From the human T2T-CHM13v2.0 reference genome, Homo sapiens, in the NCBI RefSeq assembly GCF_009914755.1, contig NC_060936.1: a stretch of 64,000 nucleotides of DNA; one strand, given 5' to 3'. Shown piece after piece: positions 57,636-64,000 of this stretch (position 1 is its first letter; each line of letters begins with the position of its first letter). A model generated the notes under the pieces. The model did no database searches, had not been told where the DNA came from, and saw only the letters and a program-made list of their open reading frames with translations. The translations under genes and the position numbers were made by a program.

Positions 57636-60072
57636 AGGAAACTGGCAGATGCTCAAATTTACCAGTAATCAGGGAATTGCACATTAAAGAAACAATTAGG
57701 CATTATTTTTCACTTACCAGATTGACCAAAATCATAAATAAAAGAATTAAGGCATAGATGAATAAAAATTAGATTACTTAATGTTGGATGGAATGACAGA
57801 CATGAATAAGCTTATATATTACTAGCAGGAAAATAAATTAATACAATGTGATTAGACAGAAAAGAAGCAGGAAGCAGGTCTGGGGGGAAAAAAATGAAAG
57901 GATGTTTGGAAGTACTTGGGAAAGTAATCACTTTCAGAAAAATTATAAAAATCCAAATCAGAAGATTGGTGCGTCTCTGCTCACCAAGTTAAATCTTACT
58001 TCAAAGAAGAATCACTTTTCCCCGAAAATCATACTTTCTTAAGTTTAAAAGTGTATAGAGAGAGTCAACAGATATCTGGAAATTAGAGGATTTTTAAAAA
58101 TTGTGAAGTATAAATACTAGTTTTAGGTTCCTTTATGAGTGTAATTAATATCAGTAAAGTCTTTCAGTGACTTCTTCCTTTTGGACATACACCAACAGCT
58201 TCTGAAGGCTGGTTTTAGGTTATTTTGAGCTAAGATTTTCTCTGGGTTCCTCCTACATTTTTGGGTTAACTGTTATGCCAGTTTTTATAAATACTGTTAT
58301 TTAGATGTTCTTTTGAAATGGCTTGAGTCCACTTTGGATCATAAGAAAATATCATCTACATTATGATATAAACTTCATCATAAAAATAGTTGTAGTGTTT
58401 TATAATGAAATGATTTTTTATTGGTGGAATGAAACAATTGTAATTCAATATATAAATCATTTTTTAAAAAGCTTTATGAAAGTCTTCTATTATTAAAGTT
58501 CTGATAGAAAGAAAAAGGTTTAATATTTAGTCAAAATAGTAGATCCCTGCATCTGTGAACAAAGCTTTAAAGTTTCATTCTGAGTGGCAGGCACTGTTAA
58601 GATGCATGGTCCTTAAGCCATTGTTCTGCATGGCAGAATCACAGGGAAAGGGCTTTTATGGTGCTTGACAGGCAGCTGCTGGCCAATGGGGCACTAAATC
58701 TGATGTAGGAGCTTAGAGTGTTCATTTCTTAAGCTTTCAGTTAAAAGTAAATCACACTTTGCTTAATTTGAATTTCTTTGGGGAAAAAAGTCACTAAAGG
58801 GAATTGTAGTTTTGAAAAACAGGTCTCAAAGTGCTAGAAATATATGGGATAAAAATAAATTTGCTTGATAATAATTTAATTTTTAATTAAAATTCCCCAA
58901 ATGTGGTTCCAAAGATGACAGAAGAGCCTTTTAATGTCATTAATTAGGCAAGCTTACTAAAAATATATATATCCTGCTGTTAATGATCATATGATAGTTG
59001 ACAGTTCAGGTTCAATATACGTCTCTACAACAGGGTCCAACCCAAACATTATGAATACTTCAGAGCACTTGACAAAAGTGTTTTAGTGTAATTATATTTT
59101 TGAACTATAATTTAGATATTAGTTTATAAGCAACTTTGGGTGTGTTTTAGATTGATAATGTATGTCCCCTTCCTTACATGTTTCTATGATATAGCTCAGT
59201 GCTTAATCTCTAGCTTTTTGCATATTAAGCCTCCTGTAGTATTTCTTCAATTTATGAATGACCAAACAAACCAAGGTGTGTCAGAGTAAATTGCTTTAGT
59301 ACTAGGGCAGTCTCTTTGATGGAGTCAGCTTTCCCTAGCTGACATATTTGCACATAGTCATGGGATTGCCAGCTCTGGATGTTTTCCAGTTTCTGGCTTT
59401 CGTGTGATAGGAGACGGTGAAGATGGGGAGGAAGACCAAGCAGAAACAAAATAGGAAATACCCATGGAGGGAAAGCCTCAAGGAATTGAACTCTTTATAC
59501 TGGTTATATAAGAGCAATTGGGTACCTTTCTCCCTCTCTCCACCCCGAAGGCATCGAATCGGATGGTTGGCCTGAATGCAGCGGTTCTTGTCTGGAGACA
59601 TTTCGTTCAATTTTGAACAACCTCTTTTTGAGTAGAGACATTGAAATCCTGAAGAACAACCACCATGATGAAGGAAATTTAGTTTAGGAGAAACGGTTGA
59701 AAGAATTAGAAATATTTAAAATACAAAATAAGGCATAGAATTTTAGAGCTCTAGAATAAGTTTATGATGAAATCATCTTCTAGATGAGAAAAGAGGATCC
59801 CAGTTTCAGTTGGCCATTGGCTAGATTTTAATAGCATATTAAAGAGCTCTCTGGTGCGATAAGATTATATCCTTCCTAATTTTTAATACCTTTTTATTTT
59901 TAACTAAGTCATTGTGATAGATGAGTATGGTTTTTTAAAAATAATATTCATATCGTGGCAAAATTTAAAAATAGAGGGATTTTTTTAAAAAATCAAAAAG
60001 TTTAGGGATCACTGGCATAGTTAAAAGAGTGCTGCTTTAGAAAGTAGGAGACCTGCATTTTAGTTCTATTTA

Positions 60073-60450
<378 letters not shown>

Positions 60451-60730
60451 CTACCCTGCCCCCAATATTCTGAAAGCCCCAGAATATGTAACTCATCCAA
60501 GGTCTAAGTACTTAATAGGAAAGCAAGAATCAAAACTTGGCTGTCTTGATTTTTGATCAACCACTTTTCCTGTTTTACTGTTTTCCCACTATATCCCCTC
60601 TGGATGCTTTAACCCACAAAGAGAAGGTATATTTAACATGAGATTTTTCTCTTAGTGTAAAGGTAACATAATTTTACTACCCCAATAGACACAAATTATG
60701 CCGGCAGTTTATTAATTAGGTGCCTCATAG

Positions 60731-61063
<333 letters not shown>

Positions 61064-61449
61064 TGAAATCTTTTTGTAACTATAATATATCAGTATTTGT
61101 GCATTGTTACTGACAGGTCTTTGGGTCAAAAGAGAGCTCTTATATCCAGATTATCAGCGAAGGATTCCCAGATTATTAAGAGTATGGTCAAATGATTTTC
61201 CCATCAAATATTTAATCCCTTCGGGTCCATGTAATTACCAATATCTCTGACATTTTCACAACCAGTAGGAGCCCATGTAATATTAGGAAAAAGTTGTTAA
61301 CTAAACATTGAAAGAAGAGATCAGAAAACCTGAGTTTGTGGAGTCCCAACCCTTCCACATACTTGGTTCATTGAATTCTGTTGATTTTGATATTAGGATA
61401 TAAATTTATGCCTATGGAGATGATTGTATAAGATGAATACTTGTAATTT

Positions 61450-61784
<335 letters not shown>

Positions 61785-61804
61785 TAAAAAGTTACGTTTG
61801 GGAA

Positions 61805-61970
61805 AAATAAAAAATTAGCCACACATGGTGGCATATATCTGTAGTCCTAGCTACTTAGGAGGCTGAGGCAGGAAGATCACTTGAGCTCAGGAGGACCGGG
61901 CTGCAGTGTACTCCACTGCACTCCAACCTGGGTGACAGAGTGAGAATCCATCTCAAAAAAAAAAAAAAAA
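61805..61970 (+). mobile_element. Alu right arm/FRAM
   Basis: aaaaattagccacacatggtgg...A tail. Confidence 0.82.
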
Positions 61971-62028
61971 GTATGTTTGTATTTAGAATTTGAATTATAC
62001 CTACACCTCTGTATCTAAAGGAAATGGA

Positions 62029-62320
62029 GGCCAGGCGCTCACTCCTGTAATCCTGGCACTTTAGGAGGCTGAGGCAGGCAGATTGCCTGAGCTCAGGAGT
62101 TTGAGATCGCCCTGGGCAACATGGCAAAACCCCATCTCTACAAAAGTACAAAAAATTAGCTGGGCATGGTGGCTGGTGCCTGTAGTCCCAGCTACTCAGG
62201 GGCCTGAGGCAGGAGAATCACTCGAACCTGAGAGGCGGAGGTTGCAGTGAGCTGAGATTGTGCCAATGCACTTCAGCCTGGGCAACAGAGCAAAACACTA
62301 TCTCCAAAAAAAAAAAAAAG
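62029..62320 (+). mobile_element. Alu (Jb/Sz)
   Basis: Sense dimer with A tail. Confidence 0.88.
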
Positions 62321-62466
62321 ATAATAGGGAAACACAAATGCTAACTTTACGTAGAGTTTTTAATTGATTCTTTTTTTTCTGGCTCACTTCTCCCCTAACT
62401 TTTAAAAATCTTTTTTATATCATGAATTTCACCTAGTATGAAGTTGGCACTGTGATAGTTTTATAA

Positions 62467-62813
<347 letters not shown>

Positions 62814-63646
62814 CAAAGTGGTTTTTTTAAAAATAGTAAACTGAAATTGTATTCTTTCATTTTTGGAAATGGTAGTATTCTGTGCTTAGTAATATGCAAT
62901 TACATATCCAATTCCCAAAATTAACATTTTAAAAGAATTATACTTTGCATGCATAATGTACATGAAGCATTTTTAGATTGCTTTAAGAAGCCTCCTGAAA
63001 AATATTCTACCATCTATGAAGTGGAATATTAATTACTGTGCTGGAAACTTTGCAAAATTGCTGAGATTGCACTTTTATATCTGAAATATTGTGATATTTA
63101 AGTATTTTATCTTTAATAGAATTCTGAGCATCAGCTCCAAGTCACTTTTATATCTCAAGTTAGGAAAAGCTATGAAAGGAAGTTATTCCTTCAAACCAAA
63201 TGTACTGATGTATTTACTCCCATAAATAACCATACTTCCTGAAAGAAAACATACAACAGAATAGTCAACATATACTTGTAGTAATTTATTTCCTGTCTTT
63301 ATGCTCTATGGGTATAACTCACTTCATATTTCATCCATACATAGAAATCCTAGTCCTCTGATGAGATGTATAAAAATGAGAGTTTATTTATATAAAAACA
63401 AATAAAATATAGTGACAGAATTGAGATTAGATTTTAAACATTCTTATTTCTCAAATGAAGTATAATACTCTTTCATCTTTAAATCAAACTCTACATTGTG
63501 TGGAACTAATAGTCTTTTGTGTAATTGATATAGATGCTGTTTATCTTGTATTAAGTGTGTTAAATCGAATTTCATTAAAAAGATTAAAATCTGTTAATAG
63601 TTTATACCTTGGATAATATTTTGATCTTTAAAAAAATACATTCTAA

Positions 63647-63925
<279 letters not shown>

Positions 63926-64000
63926 TTACTGGAACAAAAGAAATGTACTCTAATTTAGAATTTGGAAAATAACCCTCCTTCATGTTTACATTTTAATTAT

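Noticed and set aside
59252-59610. Minus-strand ORFs suggesting a processed pseudogene
   Set aside because: No recognisable protein, poly(A) tail or TSD.

Overview
Primate (very probably human) genomic DNA lying entirely inside the PLEKHA5 (PEPP2) gene on the + strand. The first ~34.6 kb is the 3' part of one very large intron. Eight internal coding exons follow (84, 121, 105, 73, 101, 116, an 18-nt microexon, and 468 nt), all GT-AG and phase-consistent. They encode the end of WW2, the whole PH domain and the following linker. The rest is repeat-rich intron: about 35 Alus, L1/L2/MIR, MER20/MER44/Tigger3, and a complete 1645-bp solo LTR12C (ERV9) on the - strand with a 4-bp TSD. There is no prokaryotic system here, and most ORF-track entries are Alu/LTR artefacts. 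The best leads are: (i) exon circles starting at the 84-nt exon would be stop-free multiples of 3 encoding the full PH domain, and are flanked by inverted Alus; (ii) an LTR12C ORF ends at a strong donor in frame with PLEKHA5; (iii) a CRE-containing candidate internal promoter/exon at ~17.55-17.75 kb; (iv) several decoy or poison splice sites around the PH exons. All four are hypotheses from sequence alone. Repeat subfamily labels are by eye and their boundaries are approximate; exon numbers are from recall of the reference gene.
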